This document shows, piece by piece, positions 8,534 through 18,873 of a stretch of DNA of 64,000 bases; within the stretch, counting starts at the first letter, position 1, and every line of letters begins with the position of its first letter. The stretch comes from Planctomycetota bacterium (GTDB lineage Bacteria; Planctomycetota; UBA8108; SXIK01): the NCBI GenBank assembly GCA_965223265.1, contig OZ244999.1, forward strand, positions 8,192,001 to 8,256,000. Direction: 5' to 3'. A program made the position numbers and the translations under genes. The notes beneath the pieces were generated by a model. It worked only from the letters and a program-made list of their open reading frames with translations, did not search any database and was not told the DNA's origin.

Positions 8534-11113
8534 ATGCCCATTCGCGATCACACGAGCGCACCGTCACGATTCGAACTGAGACGCGCGACGCGGCGAGTCG
8601 GCGTCATGCGAAGCGATGACTTGAGAAGAGTCAAGCTCGTTGCCGCAGCGCTGCTCCTCGAGCTGAGCGCCGGTGTCGAGCGCATAGAGGCTGACGAAGC
8701 GCAAAGGCACGGGGACGCCCCCATTCAGTTCAATCGCGACATCCGCCCACTGCTGTCGAACAACTGCTTTCAATGTCACGGCCCCGACGAGGGCGAGCGT
8801 CAAACCGACATGCGGCTTGATACGCGGCAGGGTCTTCTCGCCGCTACCACTGACGGTGAGGGCATCGTCGTGCCACGGAAACCTGAGAAAAGCGAACTCT
8901 TTCAGCGCGTCACTGCCGCAGATCCGAACGTGCGCATGCCGCCGCCGGATTCGGGAAAGGAGTTGACGCCGGCTGAAATCGCACGTCTTCGCCGCTGGAT
9001 CGCCAGCGGCGCCGAGGTGCAGGACCACTGGGCGTACCTGCCCGTCGTCCGACCGGCGCTGCCGACGGTGAACGATCCGGCCTGGGCGCGGGGCGCGATC
9101 GATCGCTTCGTACTCTCGCGGCTCGAGCTTGAGGCACTTGCGCCATCAGCGCCCGCAGTGCGGCGGACACTCGTGCGTCGGCTGACGTTCGACCTCACGG
9201 GACTGCCCCCGACTCTGGCGGAGGTGCGCGATTTTCTCAGTGACGACAGCCCGCACGCCTACGCGAAGGTGGTCGATCGCTTGCTCGCCTCGCCGCACTT
9301 CGGCGAGCGACTGGCGACACATTGGCTTGATCTTGTGCGTTACGCCGACTCCGTCGGCTATCACGGCGACCAACCGCACGCAGCGTCGCCCTACCGCGAT
9401 TACGTCATCAATGCGTTCAACGCCGACAAGCCTTTCGATGTGTTTACGATTGAGCAGCTCGCCGGAGACCTTGTCACGGCGCCGACGATCGAGCAGAGGA
9501 TTGCGTCGGGTTACAACCGCCTCATCATGACCACGGAGGAAGGCGGAGCGCAGCCGAAGGAGTATCTGGCAAAGTACAGTGCCGATCGTGTGCGAACCAC
9601 GGCGAGCGTCTGGCTCGGCTCGACGCTCGCCTGTGCCGAGTGCCACAACCACAAGTTCGATCCGTTCACGATGCGGGATTTCTACCGCTTCGCCGCGTTT
9701 TTCTCCGACCTCGATGAGCGCGGTGTCTACGGCGGTCGCGGCTATCGGCCGCCGGAGATCTTTGTGCCGACGCTAGAGCAAGCTCAGGAACTCGAAGCGC
9801 TGACCAGGGAACTGGAACACGCGACCGAGGCACTCCAGCGCTCGCTGCCGGAGAAAATGCCACCGGATTTGGAGCGCGTCTTTGCCCGCGCGGCGCATCG
9901 GCGTTCGTCGAAGCAGAGGCAGGCCGTTGAGCGTTTCTCGAGGGAGCTCCCGCCGGCAGCGGCCCAGCTGCTCGCGGCGCGTGAGGATGTCCTGACGCGA
10001 AAGCAAAAGCACGAGGAGATCATCCGCAAGTGTATGATTTCCGTGCGCGCCGAGACGCCGCGAATGACACGCGTTTTGCCGCGTGGGAATTGGCTGGATG
10101 AGAGCGGCGAGGTCGTGACGGCCGCGGTGCCGAGTTTTCTCGGTCGCCTCGATCTTGGCGGTCGCCAAGCGACGCGACTTGACCTGGCGCGTTGGCTGGT
10201 TGCCGATGACCAACCACTCACCGCTCGCGTTGTCGTCAATCGTCTGTGGAAACTGTTCTTCGGGAATGGACTCTCGAGCGTTCTTGACGATCTCGGGGCG
10301 CAAGGCGAATGGCCGACCCATCCGGAGCTGCTCGACTGGCTCGCCGCCGAGTTTGTGGCGAGCGGCTGGGATCTCAAGCACATGATCCGCCTCATGGTGC
10401 ACTCGGCGACCTATCGGCAGTCGTCGATACCGCGGCCCGATCTTCTCGCGCGCGATCCGTTCAACCGGCTGTATGCCCGGCAATCGCGCTGGCGTCTCGA
10501 GGCTGAGTCGATCCGCGACACGGCGCTCGACGTCAGTGGACTCCTTGCCCGGCGTTTAGGCGGCGCTGGTGCCAAGCCCTATCAACCGCAGGGCTACTAC
10601 GCACATCTCAATTTTCCCACGCGCGTCTACGAGTCGGATCGAGGTGCCAATCAGTACCGCCGCGGCGTGTACACCCACTGGCAGAGGACGTTTCTTCATC
10701 CCATGCTGCTCGCGTTCGATGCCCCGGCGCGCGAAGAGTGCACGGCCACACGGCCAATCTCTAACACGCCGAAGGCCGCGCTTGTACTTTTGAACGATCC
10801 TTCCTTCGTCGAGGCGGCTCGTGTGTTCGCAGCAAGGATCCTGGCGCGACCCGCGGACGACGCCAAGGCACGGATTCGATGGGCGTGGGAGCGCACGTTG
10901 GCCCGGCCGCCCAGCGCGCACGAGTTGGAGCTGATCGGGACGCTGTACGAGCGCCATCGGAGACACTACGAGGCCCATCCCGAGGCGGCGCAGCAGCTGG
11001 TGAGCGTCGGGCTCGCGGCGCTGCAGGAGTCCACCGACTCTGGCGAGCTGGCGGCGTGGACGTCAGTGGCACGCGCCCTATTCAATTTGAGTGAGACGAT
11101 CACGCGCAACTAG
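8534..11113 (+). CDS. Planctomycete cytochrome c (PSCyt1) + DUF1549/DUF1553 (PSD1) domain protein
   Basis: FNRDIRPLLSNNCFQCHGPD, HWAY, WLDLVRYADS, CAECHNHKFDP, HPELLDWLA, RLEAESIRD, ALVLLND. True start may lie slightly downstream. Confidence 0.92.
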   Translation: MPIRDHTSAPSRFELRRATRRVGVMRSDDLRRVKLVAAALLLELSAGVERIEADEAQRHGDAPIQFNRDIRPLLSNNCFQCHGPDEGERQTDMRLDTRQGLLAATTDGEGIVVPRKPEKSELFQRVTAADPNVRMPPPDSGKELTPAEIARLRRWIASGAEVQDHWAYLPVVRPALPTVNDPAWARGAIDRFVLSRLELEALAPSAPAVRRTLVRRLTFDLTGLPPTLAEVRDFLSDDSPHAYAKVVDRLLASPHFGERLATHWLDLVRYADSVGYHGDQPHAASPYRDYVINAFNADKPFDVFTIEQLAGDLVTAPTIEQRIASGYNRLIMTTEEGGAQPKEYLAKYSADRVRTTASVWLGSTLACAECHNHKFDPFTMRDFYRFAAFFSDLDERGVYGGRGYRPPEIFVPTLEQAQELEALTRELEHATEALQRSLPEKMPPDLERVFARAAHRRSSKQRQAVERFSRELPPAAAQLLAAREDVLTRKQKHEEIIRKCMISVRAETPRMTRVLPRGNWLDESGEVVTAAVPSFLGRLDLGGRQATRLDLARWLVADDQPLTARVVVNRLWKLFFGNGLSSVLDDLGAQGEWPTHPELLDWLAAEFVASGWDLKHMIRLMVHSATYRQSSIPRPDLLARDPFNRLYARQSRWRLEAESIRDTALDVSGLLARRLGGAGAKPYQPQGYYAHLNFPTRVYESDRGANQYRRGVYTHWQRTFLHPMLLAFDAPAREECTATRPISNTPKAALVLLNDPSFVEAARVFAARILARPADDAKARIRWAWERTLARPPSAHELELIGTLYERHRRHYEAHPEAAQQLVSVGLAALQESTDSGELAAWTSVARALFNLSETITRN

Positions 11114-11207
11114 ACCTAGCCTGGCCTCGAGTTTGGCCATTTCGCGCCGGCCTGGCTGGACGCGTTTGCCGGGATTCGACGGCCTTTTGGACCAAGGACG
11201 CCTTTCG

Positions 11208-12650
11208 ATGTTCGAAACTGCAACGACGCCTCTTCAAGCCGCGCAGGTAGCCCTCAGCCGGCGCTCCTTTCTGCGAGGCGGCGCGAACCTCGGCGCTCTG
11301 GCGCTCGCGGGGCTTCTGCGTCCCGGCATCTTCGCCGCTGCGCCGGGGTCGCCAATTCACCAGCGGCAACTCGACTTCGCACCACGTGCGAAACGAGTGA
11401 TCTTTCTCTGCATGGCCGGCGGACCGTCGCACTTGGAGACGTTCGACTACAAGCCGACCCTCGACCGCATGCATGGCCAGCCGATGCCGGAGTCCATCAC
11501 GGCCGGACAGCCGATCGCGCAGCTCCAAGGCGAGAAACTTCGGTGTCAGGGACACATGCTTGAATTCGTACGCTGTGGGCGCTCCGGCCAACTGATGACG
11601 GAAGTTTTTCCGCACATGGCAAGTATCGCCGACGACATCTGCATCGTACGGTCGATGCAGACCGACCAGATCAACCACGATCCGGCGCACACGGTGATGA
11701 ATACCGGCACGTCGATCTCGGGTCGCCCGAGCATGGGTTCGTGGGTGACGTATGGACTCGGTAGCGAGAGCGAAGACTTACCTGGTTTCGTCGTGCTCAC
11801 TTCAAAAGGTGGACGCAATCCACAGCCGATCGCGACGCGACAGTGGCATAGCGGCTTCCTGCCCGGTAGCTTCCAGGGTGTGGAGTTTTTGTCCAGTGGC
11901 GACCCGGTCCACTACCTTGGCAACCCCGGCGGCGTCGACCGGCAGCGCCAGGAAGAGCTCGTGCGGACCGTGCAAGAGCTCAATCGCGAGCGCGATCGCG
12001 TCGTGCGCAATCCAGAGATTGCGACGCGCATTCGGCAGTACGAGCTCGCGTTTCGCATGCAGATGAGTGTGCCCGAGCTGATGGACCTGTCGAACGAACC
12101 GCAGAGCGTTCTCGAGATGTACGGCACTCAAGGAGCCGACGGTACCTTTGCGGCGAACTGTCTGCTCGCGCGGCGGCTCGCCGAGCGCGGCGTGCGATTC
12201 ATCCACCTCTATCACCGCGGTTGGGATCATCACAATGATCTCGTGCGCTACATGAAGATCTGTTCAGGCCACGTCGATCAGGCGACCGCGGCGCTGGTAA
12301 CCGATCTGAAGCAGCGCGGCATGCTCGACGACACGCTGATCATATGGGGCGGCGAGTTTGGGCGCACGCCGATGGCGCAGCTCAACAAGGGGAACGTCGG
12401 GAGGGATCATCACATCCGCGCCTTCAGCATGTGGATGGCAGGCGCCGGGATCCGTGGCGGCATGACCTACGGCGCGACCGATGATCTCGGATACACGTCC
12501 GTCGAGAACGTTGTGCACGTGCACGATTTGCACGCGACGATGCTTTATCTGCTCGGACTCAATCACGAGAAGTTGACGTTCCGCTTCCAGGGCCGCGATT
12601 TCCGTCTCACGGACGTCAGCGGGCGAGTCGTCAGCGACATCGTTAGCTGA
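11208..12650 (+). CDS. DUF1501 domain protein (Tat signal, sulfatase-like)
   Basis: SRRSFL Tat motif, AKRVIFLCMAGGPSHLETFDYKP, WGGEFGRTP, GRDHH, GRDFRLTDV; usual partner of PSD1 proteins. Confidence 0.92.
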   Translation: MFETATTPLQAAQVALSRRSFLRGGANLGALALAGLLRPGIFAAAPGSPIHQRQLDFAPRAKRVIFLCMAGGPSHLETFDYKPTLDRMHGQPMPESITAGQPIAQLQGEKLRCQGHMLEFVRCGRSGQLMTEVFPHMASIADDICIVRSMQTDQINHDPAHTVMNTGTSISGRPSMGSWVTYGLGSESEDLPGFVVLTSKGGRNPQPIATRQWHSGFLPGSFQGVEFLSSGDPVHYLGNPGGVDRQRQEELVRTVQELNRERDRVVRNPEIATRIRQYELAFRMQMSVPELMDLSNEPQSVLEMYGTQGADGTFAANCLLARRLAERGVRFIHLYHRGWDHHNDLVRYMKICSGHVDQATAALVTDLKQRGMLDDTLIIWGGEFGRTPMAQLNKGNVGRDHHIRAFSMWMAGAGIRGGMTYGATDDLGYTSVENVVHVHDLHATMLYLLGLNHEKLTFRFQGRDFRLTDVSGRVVSDIVS

Positions 12651-12797
12651 ACTGATCGCGGCGCCCTCGATACTCGTACACATCTGAGCTCGTGCCCCGT
12701 AGCCGACTCGATCTCCTTGCCTCTGTTTCCGCGTCTGCATCCACCTCTTCCACCGCCGCCTCGCGTGATCGACGCGCGGCGTTCGCTGCCGGAATCC

Positions 12798-13532
12798 TTA
12801 TTGCTGCCCCGGTTCGTCGTCGTGCGCATTCGATGACGCCGTGAGTTTGATGAGCGCGTCGGCATCGACCGAGGTGAGGTCGTCGACGGCGCCGTGGGCG
12901 CCGGCGGCGAGGAGCGCTTCGGCGCTGTGGCGGCCGGTGCCGACACCGAGGACTCGACAGCCGCTGGCGAGCGCGCAGTCGACGTCCCGCGGCGTGTCGC
13001 CGATGATGAGCGTCGCCTCTGCCGTCACTTGCGCGTCGAAGCGCGTCGAGTATCGCTGCCAGGCGAGTGGGACGAGTTCGCGCCGCGTTGCCGCTTCGTC
13101 CCCGAACGCGCCGACGTGAAAGAGATTCCAATCGAATCCCGCGACGCTCAGCTTCATGCGCGCGGCGTCTTCGTAGTTGCCGGTGAGAAGGCCGAGAACG
13201 ACTCCATCGCGGGCAGCGAGCTCGGTCAACAACCTTTTGACACCTGGCATGACTGTCATGCGCTCGGGAAAGCGAGCCAGCTCCTCCTGCAAGTGCTCTA
13301 CGTACACCTCGCGAAAGCGTCGATGCTCGCGAGCGCTCGGCGGACCGGCGCCGCTCTGCTCGAGGGCGGCTCGAAAGATGAGTGGATCGAGGCTGCCCCC
13401 CGGATCGATCCCGTCCCAGCGGATCGGCTCCTCGTAGAGCTGTTCGGCGGCGCGTGCCATGGCGCGGAAGCCCGCACCGCCAGAGAGCAAGATCGTGCCG
13501 TCGATGTCGAAGAGCAGCAGACGTTCGGACAT
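12798..13532 (-). CDS. HAD-superfamily hydrolase (phosphoglycolate phosphatase-like)
   Basis: Motif I LFDIDGT, motif II LLTGN, motif IV IIGDTPRD. Confidence 0.9.
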   Translation of the reverse strand: MSERLLLFDIDGTILLSGGAGFRAMARAAEQLYEEPIRWDGIDPGGSLDPLIFRAALEQSGAGPPSAREHRRFREVYVEHLQEELARFPERMTVMPGVKRLLTELAARDGVVLGLLTGNYEDAARMKLSVAGFDWNLFHVGAFGDEAATRRELVPLAWQRYSTRFDAQVTAEATLIIGDTPRDVDCALASGCRVLGVGTGRHSAEALLAAGAHGAVDDLTSVDADALIKLTASSNAHDDEPGQQ

Positions 13533-13795
13533 GAAAGGGTGGTCGAGATGAAAGAGAGATGGACCGTGGCGATTAGTGTCGGACTACACCCGTGCACTTG
13601 CAGCGCCGCGGCGCGAACGGTTAACCTAGAAGGCGATTAGTTTAGAGGGAGTCAGGCACGAACTGAACCGCCCGCAGGTACGTTGTCACTGTTTTTTCCC
13701 TGGCGCGGCTGCCGACTTGATCGTGGCGTTAGTGCCGAAGCTGAGGCACCGCGCAGCAAGTGATCCCGTGGCAGACCCCGATGAAAGGACCTCGC

Positions 13796-14356
13796 ATGCC
13801 CAAAGTTCTGCTACCGATTGGCGACGCCACGGAAGTGCTCGACACGATGTATCCCGTATTTCGCCTGCCGGAGGATGACTTCGACGTCGTGGTCGCCGGG
13901 CCGGAGGCGCGACGCTATCACATGGTGCTGCACGAGATTCCGCCTGGATGGGACATCACCGAGGAGCGACCAGGCTACCACATTGACGCCACCGTCGCGT
14001 TTCGTGACGTCGACCCGAACGAGTACGCCGGGCTCTTCGTTTCCGGCGGGCGGGCGCCCGAGTACTTGCGTTACGATGAGGACCTTTTGCGGCTGACGCG
14101 ACATTTTTTCGACGCGGGGAAGCCTGTCGCCGCGGTGTGCCACGGGATCGAAATCATCACCGCAGCTGACTGCATCCGTGGCCGCACCGTGACAACGGTC
14201 GCGAAGTGCAAACTCGATTGTCTCCAGGGCCAGGCGGAGTACGTCGACGAGGCGGTAGTCGTCGACGGCAATCTGGTGACGGCGCGAACGTGGCACGACA
14301 ACACACCATTTCTGAAGGAGTTTGTCGCCATGCTCAAGCGTTCCGTTGCGAGCTGA
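13796..14356 (+). CDS. DJ-1/PfpI family protein
   Basis: GGRAPEYLR, nucleophile elbow AVCHG, VVVDGNLVTAR. Confidence 0.9.
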   Translation: MPKVLLPIGDATEVLDTMYPVFRLPEDDFDVVVAGPEARRYHMVLHEIPPGWDITEERPGYHIDATVAFRDVDPNEYAGLFVSGGRAPEYLRYDEDLLRLTRHFFDAGKPVAAVCHGIEIITAADCIRGRTVTTVAKCKLDCLQGQAEYVDEAVVVDGNLVTARTWHDNTPFLKEFVAMLKRSVAS

Positions 14357-14408
14357 ACGTCGGCAGGCGCGAGCCAGAGCGGTGGAACAAATCGGAACGA
14401 GAGATGCC

Positions 14409-14684
14409 GTGCCACGCGTACGCTTTACAGGTCATTTGAAGCGGTTCTTTCCTGGGCTCCAGGAGCTCCAGGTCGACGCCGATACGGTGCGAGCTGTCGT
14501 TGCTGCCGTCGACCTTCAGCATCCAGGGTTGGCATCCTATCTCGTTGATGAGCGCGGCGCACTGCGCAAGCACGTGAACATCTTCGTCGCGAGCGAAATG
14601 GTCACCGATCGCGTCATGCTGGCAGATCCTGTCGGCGCGGACGACGATGTTTTCATCGCGCAAGCTCTTTCCGGTGGAACTTAG
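14409..14684 (+). CDS. MoaD/ThiS family ubiquitin-like protein
   Basis: ~91 aa from GTG 14409; YLVDERGALRKHVNIFV; ends QALSGGT. Confidence 0.85.
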   Translation: MPRVRFTGHLKRFFPGLQELQVDADTVRAVVAAVDLQHPGLASYLVDERGALRKHVNIFVASEMVTDRVMLADPVGADDDVFIAQALSGGT

Positions 14685-14750
14685 CGCCAGCAGGCCGTGT
14701 TCAATGCGCGCTCGCAATCCCCATGCAGCGCGAGCTTTGTGGAGGAACGA

Positions 14751-15839
14751 ATGAGCGACGCAACACGATTACTTGTTTCGACGCGCAAGGGATTGGTGAT
14801 TTACGAACGTCGTGGTGACGCCTGGCGGTTCGCGCTCGAGGCTCACTTGGGCATTCCTGTGGCGTACTCCACGCTCGACGCGCGTTCCGGCGTTCTATGG
14901 GCGTGTCTGGACCACGGCCACTGGGGACAAAAACTCCAGCGTTCCCGAGATGGAGGTCAAGAGTGGGAGGAGGTCGTCGCACCGGCCTACCCGGAGGGCG
15001 CGGAGATCAAGCCTGGCGAGCCTGCGACGCTCAAGTATCTTTGGGTCCTGCAGCCAGATGCGACGAGCGGCGGCCAGCGTCTCTACATCGGGACGGAACC
15101 AGGGGGGCTCTTTCGCAGCGACGACGGCGGGGAGCAATTTCAGCTTGTCAGCTCGCTGTGGAACCATCCTTCACGGGTTGGTAGCTGGTTCGGTGGGGGA
15201 CGTGACCACGCCGGGATCCATTCGGTGGTGATCGATCCACGTCAGCCAGAGCGTGTTCTGGTCGGCGTGAGTTGTGCGGGCGTGTTCGAAACGACCGACG
15301 GCTGCAAGTCGTGGACGCCGCGCAATCGCGGCGTCACCGCGCCGTTTTTGCCTGACCCTGACGTCGACGTGGGGCACGATCCCCACTTGCTGGTAGCCTG
15401 CCCGGCACAGCCGGACATTCTTTGGCAGCAGAACCATTGCGGCATCTTCCGCAGCACCGACGGGGCGAAGAGCTGGAGCGAAGTCAGCGAAGAGGGCGGA
15501 CCCGCACGCTTCGGATTCGCGGTGGCGGTCGACGCTGAAGATGGCGACACCGCATGGGTGGTTCCGGCGCTCAGCGACGAGCGGCGCGTTGCGATCGACG
15601 GCGCGCTCTGCGTCTGTCGCACGAATGACGGAGGTCAGTCATGGCAATCGCTTCGGCGCGGACTGCCGCAAGAGTGTTGCTATGACATCGTGCTACGACA
15701 CTCTCTCGACGTCTCCGGCGACACGATGGCGTTCGCCACCACGACCGGGAACCTGTTCGTCTCGTCGGACGGCGGCGAGTCGTGGCAGTGTCTGAGCCAT
15801 CATTTGGCTCCCGTCTACGCCGTGCGCTTCGCCGTGTGA
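14751..15839 (+). CDS. BNR/Asp-box beta-propeller (sialidase-like) protein
   Basis: Repeated SxDGGxxW Asp-boxes (SRDGGQEW, SDDGGEQF, STDGAKSW, TNDGGQSW, SSDGGESW); GGAGG RBS before ATG 14751. Confidence 0.85.
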   Translation: MSDATRLLVSTRKGLVIYERRGDAWRFALEAHLGIPVAYSTLDARSGVLWACLDHGHWGQKLQRSRDGGQEWEEVVAPAYPEGAEIKPGEPATLKYLWVLQPDATSGGQRLYIGTEPGGLFRSDDGGEQFQLVSSLWNHPSRVGSWFGGGRDHAGIHSVVIDPRQPERVLVGVSCAGVFETTDGCKSWTPRNRGVTAPFLPDPDVDVGHDPHLLVACPAQPDILWQQNHCGIFRSTDGAKSWSEVSEEGGPARFGFAVAVDAEDGDTAWVVPALSDERRVAIDGALCVCRTNDGGQSWQSLRRGLPQECCYDIVLRHSLDVSGDTMAFATTTGNLFVSSDGGESWQCLSHHLAPVYAVRFAV

Positions 15840-16062
15840 GTAAGGAGTGTGAACACCGGCGGCTTGCCAGTCGGCGAGAGGCAGATTCCTTCACACGTTG
15901 GGAACGTGCCGCGCCTTGGGTTTGAAGTCTCAGAGTACGTCGCGCAGGGACGCGAATTTGCGTGAAAACCACGCCCTTGCATTCGTTTGCTGACCTGCAA
16001 TAATCTCGCGCTGAGCCTTCGCGACTTCCATGTCGGCGTGAGAAGAGGGTCTGAGTTTCAGC

Positions 16063-16665
16063 ATGTCGCCCCAAACCGACCAATCCGGCACGACCTCGAC
16101 GTCGCGGTTGGGTCGCGTCGTCATCATGGTGATCGCGATCTCGGCGATCTGGCTTGCCTTTTCCGGCAAACTGGATCTGCTACACCTCTCCTTCGGGGCG
16201 CTTTCGGTCGCCTTCACTCTCGCCATGTGTTGGCACCTGCTCGTACCGCCTGCAGATTCGCAGCGGAGCGACTCACAGAGATTTCGCTGGAGTAAGGCGG
16301 CCGGTTATCCGATCTGGCTGACTTGGCAAATCATGCTGGCCAATGTTCATGTCGCGCGCTTGATCTTGAGTCCACGGTTGAGCCTTGAACCCGTCGTCTT
16401 ACGCTTCAGCTTCCCCGTCGACTCAGCGGTCGCGAAAGCGACGCTGGGAAACAGCATCACACTCACCCCCGGTACGTTCACCGTTCGCATTCACGGTGAT
16501 GAGTTTGTCGTTCATTCGCTCGACAAAGCGTCGGCCGCGTCGCTCTACGACGGCACGATGCAGCGTCGAGTCGCCGAGGTTTTTGGGTGGACATTGGCGA
16601 CGGCTCCGACAGTAACTACGGAGCAGGGTTTCGAAAAGATCGACGACGTGGACGGAGAGTTCTGA
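16063..16665 (+). CDS. mrpE: Na+/H+ antiporter subunit E
   Basis: LGNSITLTPGT motif, N-terminal TM segments, first gene of the operon. Confidence 0.9.
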   Translation: MSPQTDQSGTTSTSRLGRVVIMVIAISAIWLAFSGKLDLLHLSFGALSVAFTLAMCWHLLVPPADSQRSDSQRFRWSKAAGYPIWLTWQIMLANVHVARLILSPRLSLEPVVLRFSFPVDSAVAKATLGNSITLTPGTFTVRIHGDEFVVHSLDKASAASLYDGTMQRRVAEVFGWTLATAPTVTTEQGFEKIDDVDGEF

Positions 16666-16666
16666 C

Positions 16667-16945
16667 GTGCTCGACAACATTCTTCTGGTGCTGTCGCTCG
16701 TGTTGGTTCTGGCGCTGTTGTTGCCGTTCTATCGCGTGCTCAAAGGGCCGACCGTCTTCGATCGGATGCTCGGTGTCGGCATGATCGGCACGAAGACCGT
16801 GATGCTGATCTGCCTCGCGGGTTTCCTTTATCAGCGCCGCATTGATATGTTCATCGACATCGCCCTGGCGTATGCGCTGCTCAACTTCATCGGCGCCATC
16901 GTCGTCGCGAAGTACGTCGACCGTACACGAGGGGAGGCCCGTTGA
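16667..16945 (+). CDS. mrpF: Na+/H+ antiporter subunit F
   Basis: RVLKGPTVFDR, DIALAYALLNF, three TM segments. Confidence 0.9.
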   Translation: MLDNILLVLSLVLVLALLLPFYRVLKGPTVFDRMLGVGMIGTKTVMLICLAGFLYQRRIDMFIDIALAYALLNFIGAIVVAKYVDRTRGEAR

Positions 16946-17334
16946 CTTCACCGCTTGAGTGGATCGGGGCTTTTCTCGTCGCGTCTGGCGTCGCCTTTTC
17001 GCTTGTCGGCAGCGTTGGTTTGAATCGTCTCCCCGATTTTTATACGCGCGCCCACGCCGCGACGAAGCCGGACACGCTTGGTTTGTTTCTATGTATGTCG
17101 GGGCTTGTGTTCTTGAACCTTGTCGACTTCGAGCTGCCGCGCGTCGTTGTCATCGCCAAGTTGATTGTCATCGTCATCGTCGTTGCCGTCGCCAATCCCG
17201 CCGCTGCACACGCACTGGGACGCTCTGCGCTGCGCACTGGCGTGCAGCCTTGGTGCGGGGGCCTGGGTGATCGACCGGGCGGAGAAGGCGAACACGACGA
17301 GGCTGAGCGCGATCGCTCGGAGGAGCCGGTATGA
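16942..17334 (+). CDS. mrpG: Na+/H+ antiporter subunit G
   Basis: GLNRLPDFYTRAHAATKPDTLG, NPAAAHAL. Confidence 0.9.
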   Translation: MTSPLEWIGAFLVASGVAFSLVGSVGLNRLPDFYTRAHAATKPDTLGLFLCMSGLVFLNLVDFELPRVVVIAKLIVIVIVVAVANPAAAHALGRSALRTGVQPWCGGLGDRPGGEGEHDEAERDRSEEPV

Positions 17335-17573
17335 GTTTTCTCCTTTTCGTGCTGTTTCTACTCGCGATCGTCGCCGCTCTCGTGGCTCTTCAGGTCAAAG
17401 ATCTCATCGCTGCCTCGGCGCTCCTTTCCGCATTCAGCTTCACGGTTGCTCTTCTGTACATCGCGCTGGGTGCTGTAGACGTCGGCTTCAACGAAGCGGT
17501 GCTCGGCGCCGGGGTCACCGGGCTCTTCTTTCTGGCGGCGGTCTATCACACGCGAAGGAGATCCCTCGATTGA
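17331..17573 (+). CDS. Mrp-associated small subunit (DUF4040/MbhD-like)
   Basis: 80-aa hydrophobic ORF with LGAVDVGFNEAVLGAG; 4-bp overlaps with both neighbours. Confidence 0.8.
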   Translation: MSFLLFVLFLLAIVAALVALQVKDLIAASALLSAFSFTVALLYIALGAVDVGFNEAVLGAGVTGLFFLAAVYHTRRRSLD

Positions 17574-18343
17574 GAGCCGTCGTCAAACTGCTGCTGATCA
17601 CCATGGGGCTTCTCATGGCTTACGCGGGCACCGGCCTCCCAGAATTCGGTGATCCGAAGGCCCCGGCAGCTCAGCACGTCTCGAACCGCTACATTCAGAA
17701 CGCCTACCACGACGCGAAGACCCCCAACATCGTCACCGTGATGATTGCGGACTATCGTTCGTTTGACACGTTTGGCGAGACCGTCGTCGTCTTCACGGCT
17801 GGGCTAGCGGTTTTCTTTCTATTGCACGTCGTTCGCCGCACGGAGACGACCGGCATCGCAGAGCTTGTGGCGCGCGACCCAGGGATGATTATCGGTGTGT
17901 CCACGCGCATTGTCGTGCCGATCGTACAGATCTTTGCCTTCTATGTAGTCTTCCACGGGCATTACAGCCCCGGCGGGGGATTTCAGGGCGGCGCGTTGCT
18001 AGCTGCGAGCATCCTCATGCAGCGCGTTGTGTTCGGACGCGAGCGGAGCCAGCGAGGTTTTCCGAGTTGGCTGGCACTGCCGTTCGGAATGATAGGCGTC
18101 GCGCTTTTCTTGGCGACGGGGCTCGTGTCGATGTTGAGCGGCGGCGAGTTCCTTGCCTACGACGCTGTGCCGCTCCAAGTTGACCGTCCCGCGCTGCTGA
18201 GGAATGCCGGCATCCTCCTCGTCGAAGTGGGCGTCGCATTTGCGGTCATGGGGATTCTCGTCTCCATCTTCGACGACCTGACCGGTCAGAAGCGGCTTGC
18301 TGATCCGGCGCTCACGGCGACGCCGCGCGAGGAGCAAGGATGA
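17570..18343 (+). CDS. mrpB: Na+/H+ antiporter subunit B (MbhE-like + MnhB domains)
   Basis: TPNIVTVMIADYRSFDTFGE and HGHYSPGGGFQGG; TTG 17570 overlaps the previous stop. Confidence 0.85.
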   Translation: MRAVVKLLLITMGLLMAYAGTGLPEFGDPKAPAAQHVSNRYIQNAYHDAKTPNIVTVMIADYRSFDTFGETVVVFTAGLAVFFLLHVVRRTETTGIAELVARDPGMIIGVSTRIVVPIVQIFAFYVVFHGHYSPGGGFQGGALLAASILMQRVVFGRERSQRGFPSWLALPFGMIGVALFLATGLVSMLSGGEFLAYDAVPLQVDRPALLRNAGILLVEVGVAFAVMGILVSIFDDLTGQKRLADPALTATPREEQG

Positions 18344-18825
18344 ACGCGATGTCGATGAGCTGTCCGTTCGTCGGATTCGTTACGGAAGGCTTCCAGGGTG
18401 GGTTCGAGTCGCTCGTGTTTGTGGCCGAAACGAGTGTCGACGTCCAGCGGCTCCTCGAAGGGCAATGGGCTTACCTTCTCGCAGTCGTGCTCGTCGTCAT
18501 CGGGCTCTACGGCATGCTTCTCAAGCGCAACTTGATCAAGAAGCTGATCGGGATGAACATCTTCCAGGGCGCCATCATCCTCTGTTACATCGTTTTCGCA
18601 TACAAACGCGGTGCTTCGGTGCCGGTGTACGACGGCAGTGTAGACGTGGATCACTACATGAATCCCATTCCACATGGGCTCATGCTGACCGCGATCGTCG
18701 TCTCGGTAGCGACGACCGGCGTGGCGCTTGCGCTGCTCATCGTGATCTACCGCCGCTTTGGCACGCTGGAGGAAGGCGAACTTCTCGAGCGGCTGCGGGA
18801 ATCGGAGTCAGGAGGAGGCTCATGA
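18340..18825 (+). CDS. mrpC: Na+/H+ antiporter subunit C
   Basis: NLIKKLIGMNI, NPIPHGLMLTAIVVSVA. Confidence 0.9.
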   Translation: MNAMSMSCPFVGFVTEGFQGGFESLVFVAETSVDVQRLLEGQWAYLLAVVLVVIGLYGMLLKRNLIKKLIGMNIFQGAIILCYIVFAYKRGASVPVYDGSVDVDHYMNPIPHGLMLTAIVVSVATTGVALALLIVIYRRFGTLEEGELLERLRESESGGGS

Positions 18826-18873
18826 CGGCGCAGACGCCTCCTCTTCGGACAACGCTTCTTCTCTCGACCGATC

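Noticed and set aside
13620-13730. Possible fluoride-riboswitch-like sequence (ggcgat...aaccgcc)
   Set aside because: Conserved downstream motif and pairing not found; adjacent genes are not typical targets.
17165-17569. N-terminal part of the 392-aa ORF
   Set aside because: Overlaps mrpG and the DUF4040 gene; mrpB more plausibly starts at TTG 17570.
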